Positions 36,496-48,824 of a stretch of 64,000 nucleotides of DNA are shown here, one piece after another. Each line of letters starts with the position of its first letter. The stretch's first letter is position 1. The stretch spans positions 26,814-90,813 of the forward strand of contig BPGH01000001.1 of assembly GCA_026002935.1 (NCBI GenBank), given 5' to 3'. Both the position numbers and the translations under genes were made by a program. The notes under the pieces were generated by a model. That model saw nothing but the letters and a program-made list of their open reading frames with translations, made no database searches and was not told the origin of the DNA. The DNA is from Acidimicrobiia bacterium (lineage in GTDB: Bacteria; Actinomycetota; Acidimicrobiia; IMCC26256; PALSA-610).

Positions 36496-37286
36496 ATGGC
36501 AGCAACGCTGACGCCCCGCGGGGGCGTGGCGCCCGTCCGGCGGCCCCGGAAGGGCGGGCCGGCGATCGTCCGCTTCTACCGGTCGGCGGTCGGCAAGAAG
36601 TGGGTCATGGCCGTCACCGGCATCGCGCTGATGGGGTTCGTCCTGGTCCACCTGATCGGGAACATCAAGCTCTACCTCTCGAAGGAGGAGCTGAACCTCT
36701 ACGGCGAGGCGCTGCGCGACATGCCGGGCCACCTCCTGCCCCGCACGTGGCTGCTGTGGGCGTTCCGCCTCGGCCTGGTCGCGGCGTTCGTGCTGCACGT
36801 CCACTCGGCGTGGGGCCTGACGGTCATCAACCGGCGCGCCCGCCCGGTGGGGTACCAGTCGAAGCGCGACTACGTGGCCGCGACGTTCGCGTCACGCACG
36901 ATGCGCTGGACCGGGCTGATCGTGCTCCTGTACCTGGTCTTCCACCTGATGGACCTGACGTGGGGCAACGCGAACCCCGACTTCGTGCGCGGCGACCCGT
37001 ACAACAACCTCGTGTACTCGATGCAGCGGCCGGCGGTCGCCCTGGTCTACGCGCTCGCGAACGTGGCGCTCGCGATCCACCTGTCGCACGGGGCCTGGTC
37101 GCTGTTCCAGAGCCTCGGGATCAACAACCCGCGGTACAACGGCGCCCTGCGCAGGTTCGCGTACGGCTTCGCGGGGATCATCCTGGTCGGCAACCTCTCG
37201 TTCCCGATCGCCGTGCAGCTCGGCCTGGTCGACCTCGCCTGCCCGGGCGACGACCCGGTCGCCGAGTGCAACGAGGAGTCCGGACT

Positions 37287-37290
<4 letters not shown>
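36496..37290 (+). CDS. sdhC: Succinate dehydrogenase/fumarate reductase cytochrome b subunit (b558 family)
   Basis: 264-aa ORF with 5 TM helices and conserved His ([32 protein letters not shown]). TAGATT at 36451-36456. Confidence 0.85.
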
Positions 37291-39215
<1,925 letters not shown>

Positions 39216-39225
39216 CGGAGCCCCG

Positions 39226-40008
39226 ATGTCCGACAAGCAGATGCGCATCACGCTGACCGCCTGGCGCCAGGACGGCCCGGACGCGCCGGGGCGGTTCGAG
39301 ACCTACGACGTGCCGGGGGTCAGCCCCGACATGTCGTTCCTCGAGATGCTCGACGTCGTCAACGAGCGGCTCCAGCGGGAGGGCAAGGAGCCGATCGCGT
39401 TCGACCACGACTGCCGCGAGGGCATCTGCGGCTCGTGCGGGATGATGATCAACGGCCAGGCGCACGGCCCCGAGCGCGGCACCGCGACGTGCCAGCTCCA
39501 CATGCGCAAGTTCCGTGACGGTGACCACGTGACGATCGAGCCGTGGCGGGCCGCCGCGTTCCCGGTGATCCGCGACCTCATCGTCGACCGCACCGCGCTC
39601 GACCGGATCATCGAGTCGGGCGGCTACATCAGCGCCCCGACGGGCGGCGCCCCCGACGCGAACCTGATCCCGATCCCCAAGCCGGTCGCCGACGCGGCGA
39701 TGGACGCCGCCGCGTGCATCGGCTGCGGCGCGTGCGTCGCGGCGTGCCCCAACGGCGCGGCGCAGCTCTTCACCGCGGCGAAGGTGCAGCACCTCAACCT
39801 GCTCCCCCAGGGCCAGGCCGAGCGCTGGGACCGCACGATCAACATGGTCGAGACGATGGAGGAGTACTTCGGGTCCTGCACGCTGCACCGCGAGTGCGAG
39901 GCGGCGTGCCCGAAGTCGATCTCGATCGACTTCATCGCGCTGATGAACCGCGACTACGCCAAGGCACAGCTCGCCCAGCGGCGCCTCGTCGGCCAGACCT
40001 TCCCCTGA
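39226..40008 (+). CDS. sdhB: Succinate dehydrogenase/fumarate reductase iron-sulfur subunit
   Basis: ATG 39226. Motifs [10 protein letters not shown] (2Fe-2S), [12 protein letters not shown] and [12 protein letters not shown] (4Fe-4S / 3Fe-4S). Confidence 0.95.
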   Translation: MSDKQMRITLTAWRQDGPDAPGRFETYDVPGVSPDMSFLEMLDVVNERLQREGKEPIAFDHDCREGICGSCGMMINGQAHGPERGTATCQLHMRKFRDGDHVTIEPWRAAAFPVIRDLIVDRTALDRIIESGGYISAPTGGAPDANLIPIPKPVADAAMDAAACIGCGACVAACPNGAAQLFTAAKVQHLNLLPQGQAERWDRTINMVETMEEYFGSCTLHRECEAACPKSISIDFIALMNRDYAKAQLAQRRLVGQTFP

Positions 40009-40035
40009 TCGCCGCGCACCGCCCGGTCCCCCGCG

Positions 40036-41325
40036 TCAGGCGCCGGCGCCCCTGCGCCGGCGGTGGAGCCAGGCGAGGCCGCCGGCGGCGGCGAGGGCGG
40101 CCAGGCCGCCGGCGGTGCCGCCGACCAACGCGAACGGGAGGTCGCCGCCGCCCGTGGCGCCCCCGGTGTCGTCGGGGCGGCCCGCCGCCCGGGCGGTGGT
40201 CGCCGCACTCGACGACCCCGTGGCCGGCATCGCACCCGCCGCGCCGAACGGCCCCGTCACCTCGTAGGTGACACCGCCGCCGCCCATCCGCTGCGACGAC
40301 ACGTACAGGCGGGTCCCCGACGGGTCGAACGCCGCGCCGGCGAGCTCCGACCCGGCGTGGGCCTCGGAACAGCGCAGCACCACGGCCTTCGTGCCGTCCG
40401 CACCGAGCAGCACGAGCTCCTGCGACTCGTCGGTGTCCTCGCACACGTAGAGGTCCCCGGTCAGCGTGAAGACGGTGTTGTCGGGCCCGTCGATCCCGGG
40501 CGCACCGGGCATTCCGGGCTCGTACAGCACGCGCATCCGCTGCGAGCGCGTGTCGTAGGCGCGGATGCGCTGGTCGGACTTCGTCGTGAACACGACGACG
40601 CCGTCGTGGTACGAGATGCCCTCGCCGCCCGCGTAGGTCGTCGCGTCGGGATCGTCGGCCGCGACCCACGTCACGCCGCCGTCGTCCGCCGTCCGCGCCG
40701 CCTCGAGCACCCCCTCCCCGAGGTCGCCCCAGCGGGCGGGCGTGAACCGGTACAGGCGCCCGTCGGCGGAATCGGCCGTCTGGTACACCGCCCGGCCCTC
40801 GGGATCCACCGCGACGGCCTCGTGCCAGAACGCCCCCATCGCCGGCCGCACGACCGCCTCGCGCCCGCCCCACGGGTCGCACTCCCACACCCGGCCCCGG
40901 GCGGTCTCCTCGCAGGAGCACCACGTGTTCCAGGGCGTCACGCCGCCGGCGCAGTTGCGCGACGTGCCGGTCAGGACCGGGTACGCCGAGACGACGTCCC
41001 CCGCGGCCGAGAAGCGGATCGCGCCGACCCCGCCACCCCCGCCGTCGACCTCGCTGTTGGACACGTAGATCCACCCCCCGTCCTCGGTCGCGAACGTCGC
41101 GCCGCCGTCCGGGAAGGCGTGCCACCGGTGGGAGGTGCCGGCCACCGGCTCCCCCGCGCGCGCGAGGACCCGGGCCCGGAACCCCTCCGGCAGCATCAGG
41201 CCGTTCTCGTCGGGACCGCGCAGCGCACCGAACGGTCCCGGCCCGGTGCCGCCGGTCCCCGCGGGCACCGCGGCGACCAGCAGCGGGGCCGCCGCCGCGG
41301 CCCGCAGGAAGCCGCGCCGGTCCAT
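40036..41325 (-). CDS. PhoX-like phosphatase (DUF839/COG3211 family), Tat signal, C-terminal membrane anchor
   Basis: ATG 41325 (MDRRGFLRAAAAAPLL, Tat motif). SRNCAGGVTPWNTWCSCEE is the DUF839/PhoX hallmark. Tail: LPFALVGG + hydrophobic stretch + RRRR. Confidence 0.72.
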   Translation of the reverse strand: MDRRGFLRAAAAAPLLVAAVPAGTGGTGPGPFGALRGPDENGLMLPEGFRARVLARAGEPVAGTSHRWHAFPDGGATFATEDGGWIYVSNSEVDGGGGGVGAIRFSAAGDVVSAYPVLTGTSRNCAGGVTPWNTWCSCEETARGRVWECDPWGGREAVVRPAMGAFWHEAVAVDPEGRAVYQTADSADGRLYRFTPARWGDLGEGVLEAARTADDGGVTWVAADDPDATTYAGGEGISYHDGVVVFTTKSDQRIRAYDTRSQRMRVLYEPGMPGAPGIDGPDNTVFTLTGDLYVCEDTDESQELVLLGADGTKAVVLRCSEAHAGSELAGAAFDPSGTRLYVSSQRMGGGGVTYEVTGPFGAAGAMPATGSSSAATTARAAGRPDDTGGATGGGDLPFALVGGTAGGLAALAAAGGLAWLHRRRRGAGA

Positions 41326-42482
41326 CAGGCGGCCCCGCCGGCCGCGTCGAGGGAATCGAGCGCGGAGCGCAGGTCGGCGACGAGGTCCCCGGCGGTCTCG
41401 ATCCCGACCGAGCACCGCACGAGCGCCGGGTCGACCTCGAGCGCAGAACCCGCCGCCGACGCGTGCGTCATGCGGGCCGGGTGCTCGATCAGCGACTCCA
41501 CGGCACCGAGCGACTCCGCCAGCGTGAACAGGCGGGTGCGCTCGACGAGCGCGATCGCGGCGGGCTCCCCGCCGGCGACACGGAACGACACCATGCCGCC
41601 GAAGTCGCGCATCTGCGCGCGCGCCACGGCGTGGCCCGGGTGGTCCGCGAGACCCGGGTACAGCACCTGCTCGACGCGGGGGTGCGCGGCGAGCATCGCC
41701 ACCACCGCTCGCGCGTTCTCGCAGTGCCGGTCCATGCGCACGGCGAGGGTCTTCACCCCCCGCAGCACGAGGTAGCAGTCGAACGGCGACGGCACCGCGC
41801 CCGTCGCGTTCTGGAGGAAGCGCAGGCGCTGCGCGAGCTCGTCGTCGGAGGTCGCGACGAACCCGCCGACGACGTCGGAGTGCCCGCCGAGGTACTTCGT
41901 GCTGGAGTGGACGACCGCATCGGCGCCCAGCTCGAGCGGCCGCTGCAGATAGGGCGTCGCGAACGTGTTGTCGACGACGACGCGCGCGCCGCGCGCGTGG
42001 GCGATCCGCGCCGTCGCCGCGATGTCGACGATCGAGAGCAACGGGTTGGTGGGTGTCTCGACCCACACGAGACGGGTGCGCTCCGGCCAGCCGCCCGCGA
42101 GCGTGCCGGGATCGGAGAGGTCGGCCGCCGACCACGTGATGCCCTGCGGCGCGTGCACCCGGCTCACGAGGCGGTAGGTGCCGCCGTAGGCGTCGACGGG
42201 GATGACGACGTGGTCACCGGGATCCAGCGTCCGCAGCACCGCGTCGGTCGCGGCGAGGCCGCTCGCGAACGCGACGCCGTGCGACGCACCCTCGAGCGCG
42301 GCGAGGCACGCCTCCAGCGCGGCGCGCGTCGGGTTCCCGCTGCGCGAGTACTCGTAGCCGCGGTGCCGGCCCACCGCCTCCTGCGCGAACGTCGTCGCGA
42401 GGCTGATCGGCGGCACGACCGCGCCGGTGACCGGGTCGGGGTCCTGGCCGGCGTGCACCGCGCGGGTCTCGAAGCCGGTCAC
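41325..42482 (-). CDS. Cystathionine gamma-lyase/gamma-synthase (PLP-dependent, Cys/Met metabolism family)
   Basis: GTG 42482 overlaps the cbs stop (GTGA). Motifs YSRSGNPT and SSTKYLGGHSD (PLP lysine). Confidence 0.9.
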   Translation of the reverse strand: MTGFETRAVHAGQDPDPVTGAVVPPISLATTFAQEAVGRHRGYEYSRSGNPTRAALEACLAALEGASHGVAFASGLAATDAVLRTLDPGDHVVIPVDAYGGTYRLVSRVHAPQGITWSAADLSDPGTLAGGWPERTRLVWVETPTNPLLSIVDIAATARIAHARGARVVVDNTFATPYLQRPLELGADAVVHSSTKYLGGHSDVVGGFVATSDDELAQRLRFLQNATGAVPSPFDCYLVLRGVKTLAVRMDRHCENARAVVAMLAAHPRVEQVLYPGLADHPGHAVARAQMRDFGGMVSFRVAGGEPAAIALVERTRLFTLAESLGAVESLIEHPARMTHASAAGSALEVDPALVRCSVGIETAGDLVADLRSALDSLDAAGGAA

Positions 42483-43867
42483 GTCGCACCCGGGAGCGCG
42501 CGCCCGGCGAGGAACCCGAGCACGTCGGATCGCGTGAGCACCCCGATCGGGTGGCCACCGTCGAGCACCAACACCGCGGGCCCCTGGTCGAGGCACTCGA
42601 CGACCCGCGCGACCGGCTCGCCGATGCCGATCATCGGCATGGGCGGGCCGCACAGCTCCCCCACCGGCCGGTCGAGCGCGGACGCGTCGCGGAACACCAG
42701 GTCCATCAGCTCCAGTTCACGCACCGTCCCCGTGACCTCCTTCGCCGCGAGCGGCAGCTCGTCCGTGACGCTGACCACGAGCTGCGACACGCCGGTCTCG
42801 CGCATGCGCGCGATGGCGGCTCGCCCGGGCTCTCCGGGGGTGACGAGGACGAGCGCCGGGATGCGGTCGTCCTTGGTCGCGAGCACGTCACCGACCACCG
42901 GGCCCGGCGCGCGCAGGAAGCCCATGTCGGACATCCACGCGTCGTCGTAGACCTTCGAGAGGTAGTTGCGCCCCGAGTCCGGCAGCAGCACCACGACGAC
43001 GTCCCCGGGCCCGCACCCGCGCGCGACCTCGAGCGCGGCGTGCACCGCGGTGCCCCCCGAGCCGCCGATCAGCAGCCCTTCGCGCCGCGTGACCCGGCGG
43101 GCGGTGAGGAACGAGTCCGCGTCGGGGACCTCGACGACCCGGTCGACGACCGACGGGTCGTAGGTCGCCGGCCAGAAGTCCTCGCCGACCCCCTCCACCA
43201 GGTAGGGCCGCCCGGTGCCGCCCGAGTAGACCGAGCCGGACGGGTCGGCGCCGATCACCTGCACGGCAGGGTTCCGGCGCTTCAGGTGGCGGGCGACGCC
43301 GGTGATCGTGCCACCCGTGCCGATCCCGGCGACGAAGTGGGTGACGCGGCCGGCGGTCTGCCGCCAGATCTCCGGCCCGGTCGTCAGCTCGTGCGCACGC
43401 GGGTTCGCGGGGTTCGAGTACTGGTCGGGGCGGAACGCGCCGGGCGTCTCGCGCACGAGCCGTTCGGCGGTCGAGTAGTACGAGCGCGGGTCCTCGGGCG
43501 GCACCGCGGTCGGGCAGACGACGACCTCGGCACCGTACGCGCGCAGGAGCGCGACCTTCTCGTCGCTCATCTTGTCGCTCATCACGAAGATGCACCGGTA
43601 ACCGCGCTGCGCCGCGACGATCGCGAGGCCGGCACCGGTGTTGCCCGAGGTGGGCTCGACGATCGTGCCGCCCGGCCGCAGCAGGCCGGCCGCCTCCGCC
43701 GCGTCGACCATCGCGACCGCGACGCGGTCCTTGACGCTGCCGCCCGGGTTGCCCTGCTCGACCTTCGCGAGCAGGTCGCAACGCAGCTGCTCCTCCTCGG
43801 CGATCCGGCGCAGCCGCACGAGCGGGGTGTTGCCGACCAGGTCGAGGATGGAGTCGGCGACGTCCAC
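42479..43867 (-). CDS. cbs: Cystathionine beta-synthase (PLP domain + CBS-pair)
   Basis: 462-aa ORF. Motifs GGSVKDR, SGNTGAGLA, GTGGT. C-terminal tandem CBS domains. TAGCGT at 43879-43874 lies 6 nt upstream of GTG 43867. Confidence 0.9.
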   Translation of the reverse strand: MDVADSILDLVGNTPLVRLRRIAEEEQLRCDLLAKVEQGNPGGSVKDRVAVAMVDAAEAAGLLRPGGTIVEPTSGNTGAGLAIVAAQRGYRCIFVMSDKMSDEKVALLRAYGAEVVVCPTAVPPEDPRSYYSTAERLVRETPGAFRPDQYSNPANPRAHELTTGPEIWRQTAGRVTHFVAGIGTGGTITGVARHLKRRNPAVQVIGADPSGSVYSGGTGRPYLVEGVGEDFWPATYDPSVVDRVVEVPDADSFLTARRVTRREGLLIGGSGGTAVHAALEVARGCGPGDVVVVLLPDSGRNYLSKVYDDAWMSDMGFLRAPGPVVGDVLATKDDRIPALVLVTPGEPGRAAIARMRETGVSQLVVSVTDELPLAAKEVTGTVRELELMDLVFRDASALDRPVGELCGPPMPMIGIGEPVARVVECLDQGPAVLVLDGGHPIGVLTRSDVLGFLAGRALPGAT

Positions 43868-43876
43868 GGGCGAACG

Positions 43877-45298
43877 CTACCCGTGCGCGACCGCCCGGAA
43901 GCGCGCCCGCAGGCCGCTCGCGTCGCAGCGACGCGGCTCCACGACCGTGGCCGCGCGCGGCGCCCACGCGGCGGCGACCTCGGCGACCGGGCGGCCGTGC
44001 AGCACCGCGGCCGCCTGCACGCACGCGCCGGCCGCAACGTGCTCCGCCCCCGCCGGCACGACCACCGGCCGCGCCGAGCAGTCGGCGAGGACCTGGCGGT
44101 AGGCCCCCGACCGCGCGCCGCCGCCGAGGAGCACGAGCCGGCCCCCGGTGGGGACCCCCGCGGCGGCGAGCGCGTCGAGCCCGTCGAGCAGCCCGCACAC
44201 GACCCCCTCGAAGGCGGCGCGTGCGAGGTCGGCGCGGGTGACGTCCGCGCGGATCCCGGTGAGCGTGCCGGTCGCGTCGGGCCGGTCGGGCACCCGCTCG
44301 CCGTCGAGGTACGGGACGAGGACGAGCCCGCGCGCCCCCGGCTCCGCGTCCAGCGCGAGCGCGTCGAGCCGGGCGTGGTCGACGCCGAGCAGCCGCGCCA
44401 CGGCGTCGGTGACCTTCGTCGCGTTGAGCGTGCACACGAGGGGCAGGTGGCGGCCGGTCGCGTCGGCGAAGCCCGCGACCGCACCGGTGGCGTCGGCCGT
44501 CGGCCGGTCGCTCACGGCGAACACGGTCCCCGACGTGCCGATCGACACCGCGACGTCGCCGGGCGCGAGGGCGACGCCCAGCGCGGCGGCCATGTTGTCC
44601 CCGGTCCCCGGGGCGACGAGCGCCGGCCCGCCGGTCAGGTGCGTGATGCCCGCGACGGCCTCGGGGGCCAGCACGCGCGGCAACCGCGGCTCCCAGTCGG
44701 CACCGGCGTCGACGATCGCGAGGAGGTCGAGGCGGTAGCGCCCCTCCGCGGGCGAGAACCAGCCGGTGCCCGACGCGTCGCCCCGGTCGGTCACGTGCTC
44801 ACCCGTGAGCCGGTACGTCAGCCAGTCGTGCGGCAGGCACACCCGGGCGAGGCGCGCCCACGCGTCGGGCTCCGACCGGTGGAGCCACGAGAGCTTCGTG
44901 ATCGTGAGCGCGGCGACGGGGACGGTGCCGCACGCGCCGGCCCAGGCGTCCGGCCCGCCGAGCCTCCCGATCAGCCACGCGGCATCGGCGGCCGACTCGG
45001 TGTCGTTCCAGAGCTTGGCGGGGCGCACCACCTCGCCGTGCGCGTCGAGGACCACCAGGCCGTGCTGTTGCGCCGCCACGGCGACCGCCGCGACCGCACG
45101 CAGGTCGGCGTGCTCGCCCGCCGCCGCCAGGGCGCGCCCGAGGGCCTCCCACCACGCCCGGGGGTCCTGTTCGCTGCGCGGCGGGGTCGTCGGCGGGTGC
45201 GGCGCGCGGCCCTCCGCCACGACCGCGCCGGTGTCGGCGTCGCGGACCTCCACCTTCGTCGACTGGGTCGACGAGTCGACCCCGAGGACGAGCGGCAC
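43877..45298 (-). CDS. xylB: Xylulokinase (FGGY family)
   Basis: 473-aa ORF. Motifs LGVDSSTQSTK, AAQQHG, GTGDNMAAALG. Immediately downstream of xylA. gggagggggg SD. Confidence 0.85.
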   Translation of the reverse strand: MPLVLGVDSSTQSTKVEVRDADTGAVVAEGRAPHPPTTPPRSEQDPRAWWEALGRALAAAGEHADLRAVAAVAVAAQQHGLVVLDAHGEVVRPAKLWNDTESAADAAWLIGRLGGPDAWAGACGTVPVAALTITKLSWLHRSEPDAWARLARVCLPHDWLTYRLTGEHVTDRGDASGTGWFSPAEGRYRLDLLAIVDAGADWEPRLPRVLAPEAVAGITHLTGGPALVAPGTGDNMAAALGVALAPGDVAVSIGTSGTVFAVSDRPTADATGAVAGFADATGRHLPLVCTLNATKVTDAVARLLGVDHARLDALALDAEPGARGLVLVPYLDGERVPDRPDATGTLTGIRADVTRADLARAAFEGVVCGLLDGLDALAAAGVPTGGRLVLLGGGARSGAYRQVLADCSARPVVVPAGAEHVAAGACVQAAAVLHGRPVAEVAAAWAPRAATVVEPRRCDASGLRARFRAVAHG

Positions 45299-45351
45299 GG
45301 CTCAGCCCCCCTCCCGGGTCGCGCCCGGGCCGGCCCTCCCGCCCGGCGCGG

Positions 45352-46521
45352 TCACCGGACGCCGAGCAGCAGCTCGGTGACGAGCTGGTCGAGGCGCTCG
45401 TGGCCGTAGCCGCGGGCGCCGAGCCCGTCGGGGTCGTGCGGGCCGCGGCGGATCGCCGCGATCGCGTCGGGGGCGTGGCCGCCGGGCGAGGTCGGTTCGG
45501 CGATGCGGCCGGCCATCGCCTCGTCGAGCGCGGCGGCGATCTCCGGGTCGGCGGCGAACCGGCGGGCCTTCTCGCGCAGGATCAGGTAGCTGCGCATGCA
45601 CCCGCGTGCGAACTCCCACACGCCGTCGGCGTCCTCGGTGCGGTACGCGTGCGCGTCGAAGTGCCGCATCCCGTCCCAGCGAGCCTCCTCCAGCAGGCGC
45701 ACGAGGTGGAACGCGTCCTTCAGGCCCTCGGAGGCGAAGCGGAAGTCCTGGTCGAACTTGCCGGGCACCTGGCCGTTCAGGTCGACGTGGAAGAGCTTCC
45801 CCGCCCACAGCACCTGCGCGACCGCCTGGTGGAACGAGAGTCCCGACATCGTCTCGTGGGCGAACTCGGGGTTGATCCCGACCATCTCCGGCCACTCCAA
45901 CCGTTCGACGAACGCGAGGGCGTGCCCGACCGTCGGCAGCAGCAGGTTGCCGCGTGGCTCGTTGGGCTTGGGCTCGAGCGCGAAGCGCAGGTCGTAGCCG
46001 CGGTCGCGCACGTGCGCGCAGCAGAGGTCGACGGCCTCCTTGTAACGGTCGAGGGCGAGCCGGACGTCCTTCGCCGCGTCGCACTCGGTGCCCTCGCGCC
46101 CTCCCCACATGACGTACACGCCCGCACCGAGCTCCACCCCGAGCTCGATCGCGTCGAGCGTCTTGGCGAGGGCGTAGCGCCGCACCGCGGGGTCGTTCGC
46201 GGTGAACGCGCCCTCCTTGAACACCGGGTGCGAGAACAGGTTGGTCGTCGCCATCGGGACCTTCATGCCGGTCGCGTCGAGCGCGCGGCGGAACCGCCCC
46301 AGGATCGACGCGCGCCCGGCCGCCGACGAGCCGGGGGGCACGAGGTCGTCGTCGTGGAAATTGACCCCGTACGCGCCGAGCTCGGCGAGCCGGTGCACCG
46401 CCTCGACCGGGTCGAGCGGCGGCCGCACCTCGTGCCCGAACGGGTCGCGGCCCCGGTTGCCGACGGTCCACAGGCCGAACGTGAACCGGTCCTCCGGCGT
46501 GGGTGTCGGCACCCCGTCCAC
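45352..46521 (-). CDS. xylA: Xylose isomerase (class I, actinobacterial type)
   Basis: [16 protein letters not shown]-terminus. Motifs [31 protein letters not shown] 46521 is supported by TACGCT (46534-46529) 7 nt upstream. ATG 46566 and GTG 46512 are alternatives. Confidence 0.9.
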   Translation of the reverse strand: MDGVPTPTPEDRFTFGLWTVGNRGRDPFGHEVRPPLDPVEAVHRLAELGAYGVNFHDDDLVPPGSSAAGRASILGRFRRALDATGMKVPMATTNLFSHPVFKEGAFTANDPAVRRYALAKTLDAIELGVELGAGVYVMWGGREGTECDAAKDVRLALDRYKEAVDLCCAHVRDRGYDLRFALEPKPNEPRGNLLLPTVGHALAFVERLEWPEMVGINPEFAHETMSGLSFHQAVAQVLWAGKLFHVDLNGQVPGKFDQDFRFASEGLKDAFHLVRLLEEARWDGMRHFDAHAYRTEDADGVWEFARGCMRSYLILREKARRFAADPEIAAALDEAMAGRIAEPTSPGGHAPDAIAAIRRGPHDPDGLGARGYGHERLDQLVTELLLGVR

Positions 46522-46584
46522 GCCCGCGAGCGTAGGCTCGATCCCGTGGCGACGCCTGGGCCCCATCTTCCCGAGCCCCAGCAC

Positions 46585-47244
46585 TTGCCGCCGGCAGAGC
46601 GCATCCGGACGTCGTGGCAGCGCCGACCCGGGTCCGACTACCTGTTCGACTTCTGGAGCGCGTTCGGGTGGTCGGTGCTCACGTGCGGCTTCTACAGCTA
46701 CTACGTCCTGTTCCAGCTGATGCGCCGAGCCCGCGACCACAATGCCCGGCGGCTCGAGATGCTGGAGGCGGCGCGGACCTACGCGTGGGAGCGCGCCCTC
46801 GGCCAGGGCGTCGCAGACGAGCTCACGCCTGCGTTCGAGCGCGTCGCCGCGCAACTCGCCGTCCTGCAACAGAAGGCGAGCGAATTCCGTGACCCCGCCC
46901 TCTGGCTGGTACTGGCGATCCTCACGGGCGGCATCGCCACGTACGTCGCGTGGATCCTCCTCGACGCGGACCTCGACACGCACGACCGGGCCGAGGTCTC
47001 GATCGAGGCCGAGCTCGCACAGATCTACGCTCGGCTCGGCGTTTCGATCCCCACGGCCGACCCATTGCGCGTCAAGGGCCGGCACAACTACGTGGGTCGC
47101 GTGGTCGCGACGATCGCGACGTGCGGGGTCTACGGGTTGTTCTGGCTCTACGACCTGATGGTCGAGGGCAACCGCCACTTCGAGGCCAACTGGGCGTGGG
47201 AGGACGACCTCGCGCGCGCGGTGCAGGCCCTCGAGGCGGCCTGA
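46585..47244 (+). CDS. Membrane protein with two DUF4234-like hairpins
   Basis: Two segments of the type xxTCG[FV]Y(S/G)xxW ([14 protein letters not shown]; [14 protein letters not shown]). Start tentatively TTG 46585, the only in-frame start before TM1. Confidence 0.45.
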   Translation: MPPAERIRTSWQRRPGSDYLFDFWSAFGWSVLTCGFYSYYVLFQLMRRARDHNARRLEMLEAARTYAWERALGQGVADELTPAFERVAAQLAVLQQKASEFRDPALWLVLAILTGGIATYVAWILLDADLDTHDRAEVSIEAELAQIYARLGVSIPTADPLRVKGRHNYVGRVVATIATCGVYGLFWLYDLMVEGNRHFEANWAWEDDLARAVQALEAA

Positions 47245-47251
47245 CGGGACG

Positions 47252-47767
47252 ATGCAGCGGCACGAGTTCTCGGTGGTCCTCGGGGCCCCGCCCGCCGAGG
47301 TGTGGGAGGTGTTCTGGTACCGGGGCCCCGACCGCCCGCAGCCACGCGACGGCCGTACGCGCATCGAGATCCTGCACCCGGGCGACGAGGTGGGCAACGG
47401 GCTGGTGCGCCACTGCACCTTCCCGGTGCCGCGCTGGCTGGGCTCCGGGGGCGTCGGCCGGTCGTGGGAGTGGTGCACCGAGGTGCGGCCCCACGAGTCG
47501 TGGCGCTACGACGCGATCGGCAAGCCGCTGTGGTCCCGCGCCACGGGCTGGACGCGCCTGGAGGACCTCGGCGACGGGCGCACCCGCGTCCACTTCGCCG
47601 AGGAGTACGAGGCGTTCAACCCGGTGATGCGGGTCCTGTTCGAGCGGCGCGTGCACGCCGCGATCTCCCGCGACAACGACGCGATCCTCGCCGCGCTCGA
47701 GGGCGGGCTGGCCTGGCACCGGCGGCGCCGCGCCCGCGCGGGCGGCGACGGCCCGGCCGGGACGTGA
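47252..47767 (+). CDS. SRPBCC (START/cyclase-dehydrase-like) family protein
   Basis: 171-aa ORF. N-terminus [16 protein letters not shown] is typical of SRPBCC ligand-binding proteins. Confidence 0.65.
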   Translation: MQRHEFSVVLGAPPAEVWEVFWYRGPDRPQPRDGRTRIEILHPGDEVGNGLVRHCTFPVPRWLGSGGVGRSWEWCTEVRPHESWRYDAIGKPLWSRATGWTRLEDLGDGRTRVHFAEEYEAFNPVMRVLFERRVHAAISRDNDAILAALEGGLAWHRRRRARAGGDGPAGT

Positions 47768-48144
47768 CGCGCGGGGTCGCCGGCGGGCGGACCGTGCTCC
47801 TGTTCGTCTACGGGACGCTCGCGCCCGGGGGGCGCGCGTGGCCGATGCTCGAGCCGTACGCCGTCGCGGTGCGGCCCGCGTCCGCGCCCGGCCGCCTGTA
47901 CGACACCGGGCGCGGCTACCCGGCCGCCGTGTTCGGTCCCGGCGAGAGCCGCGTGCACGGCACGCTGTGCACGCTGCGCGACGCGCCGCTCGACGCGCTC
48001 GACGCGTGGGAGGGCGACGAGTACGAGCGGCGCACGATCACGACCGACGACGGGACCGCCGCGCTCGCGTACCACTGGCGGGCCGGCCTCGCGGGGCTCC
48101 GCCCGCTGGCCGGCGGGCGCTGGCCGCAACTCGCGAACGGCTGA
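47764..48144 (+). CDS. Gamma-glutamylcyclotransferase (AIG2/GGCT-like)
   Basis: GTG 47764 overlaps the upstream stop (GTGA). Motif LFVYGTLAPGG (YGTL). Confidence 0.7.
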   Translation: MTRGVAGGRTVLLFVYGTLAPGGRAWPMLEPYAVAVRPASAPGRLYDTGRGYPAAVFGPGESRVHGTLCTLRDAPLDALDAWEGDEYERRTITTDDGTAALAYHWRAGLAGLRPLAGGRWPQLANG

Positions 48145-48215
48145 CCGGCGGGGGCGGCGTGAGGCACGCCGCCGCGACCCCGAAACCGCCCGGTCGGCCT
48201 GCCGATGGGAGGGCG

Positions 48216-48815
48216 ATGGGCCTCGACGGCATCGCGGGCGTCCACGCCCGCATCACGCAGATCCAGCAGCGCTTCGGCACGGCCCTCGCCCCCGCCGAGG
48301 CCGCATCGCCCGCGACCGGCGGCGACTTCGCGGCGCTGCTCGCGTCCCACGACACGGCCGCCCGTCCCGCGCCCACGGGGACGGTCGCCGCGACGGGCAC
48401 GCGCGTGCGCGCCTTCCTCGACGAGGCGCTGCGCCAGGCCGGCGACCCCTACGTGTGGGGGGCGCACACCTCGCCCGCCGACGCGGACCCCGACGCCTTC
48501 GACTGCTCCGAGCTCGTGCGCTGGGCGGCCGCGCGCGTCGGCGTCCGGGTGCCCGACGGGTCGTGGCTCCAGTACCTCGACCTGAAGGCGAAGGGCGCGC
48601 TGGTCCCGGTCGAGGAGGCGCTGCGCACCCCGGGGGCGCTGCTGTTCTCGTTCTCGAGCGAGCCGACCCCGGGCGGCGGCCGGCCCGGCCAGGCGCACGT
48701 CGCGATCAGCCTCGGTGACGGCCGCACGATCGAGGCCCGCGGGCGTGAGCACGGGGTCGGGGTGTTCGAGGCCGGCGACCGGTTCGAGTACGGCGCGGTG
48801 ATCCCCGGTCTGTAA
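48216..48815 (+). CDS. NlpC/P60 (C40) family peptidoglycan peptidase
   Basis: ATG 48216 with gggaggg SD. Motifs YVWG, catalytic FDCSELV, HVAISLGDG. Confidence 0.8.
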   Translation: MGLDGIAGVHARITQIQQRFGTALAPAEAASPATGGDFAALLASHDTAARPAPTGTVAATGTRVRAFLDEALRQAGDPYVWGAHTSPADADPDAFDCSELVRWAAARVGVRVPDGSWLQYLDLKAKGALVPVEEALRTPGALLFSFSSEPTPGGGRPGQAHVAISLGDGRTIEARGREHGVGVFEAGDRFEYGAVIPGL

Positions 48816-48824
48816 CGTGCCGGC

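Noticed and set aside
34258-36804. N-terminal 849-aa extension of track ORF 32857..36804
   Set aside because: Only the last 466 aa (from ATG 34257) look like an AAA+ ATPase. The extension is antisense to the GH2 gene and is Arg/Pro-rich.
40041-40062. 9-bp GC stem (cgccggcgc / gcgccggcg, loop ccct) between convergent sdhB and the PhoX-like gene, considered as a bidirectional terminator
   Set aside because: It lies inside the last codons of the PhoX-like ORF (RRRRGAGA) and has no U-tract. It can be explained by Arg/Gly/Ala codon composition.
40039-40140. LPFAL tail of the PhoX-like protein as a sortase sorting signal
   Set aside because: It lacks the Thr-Gly of LPXTG, and no sortase gene is in the window. 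It is treated as a simple C-terminal membrane anchor.
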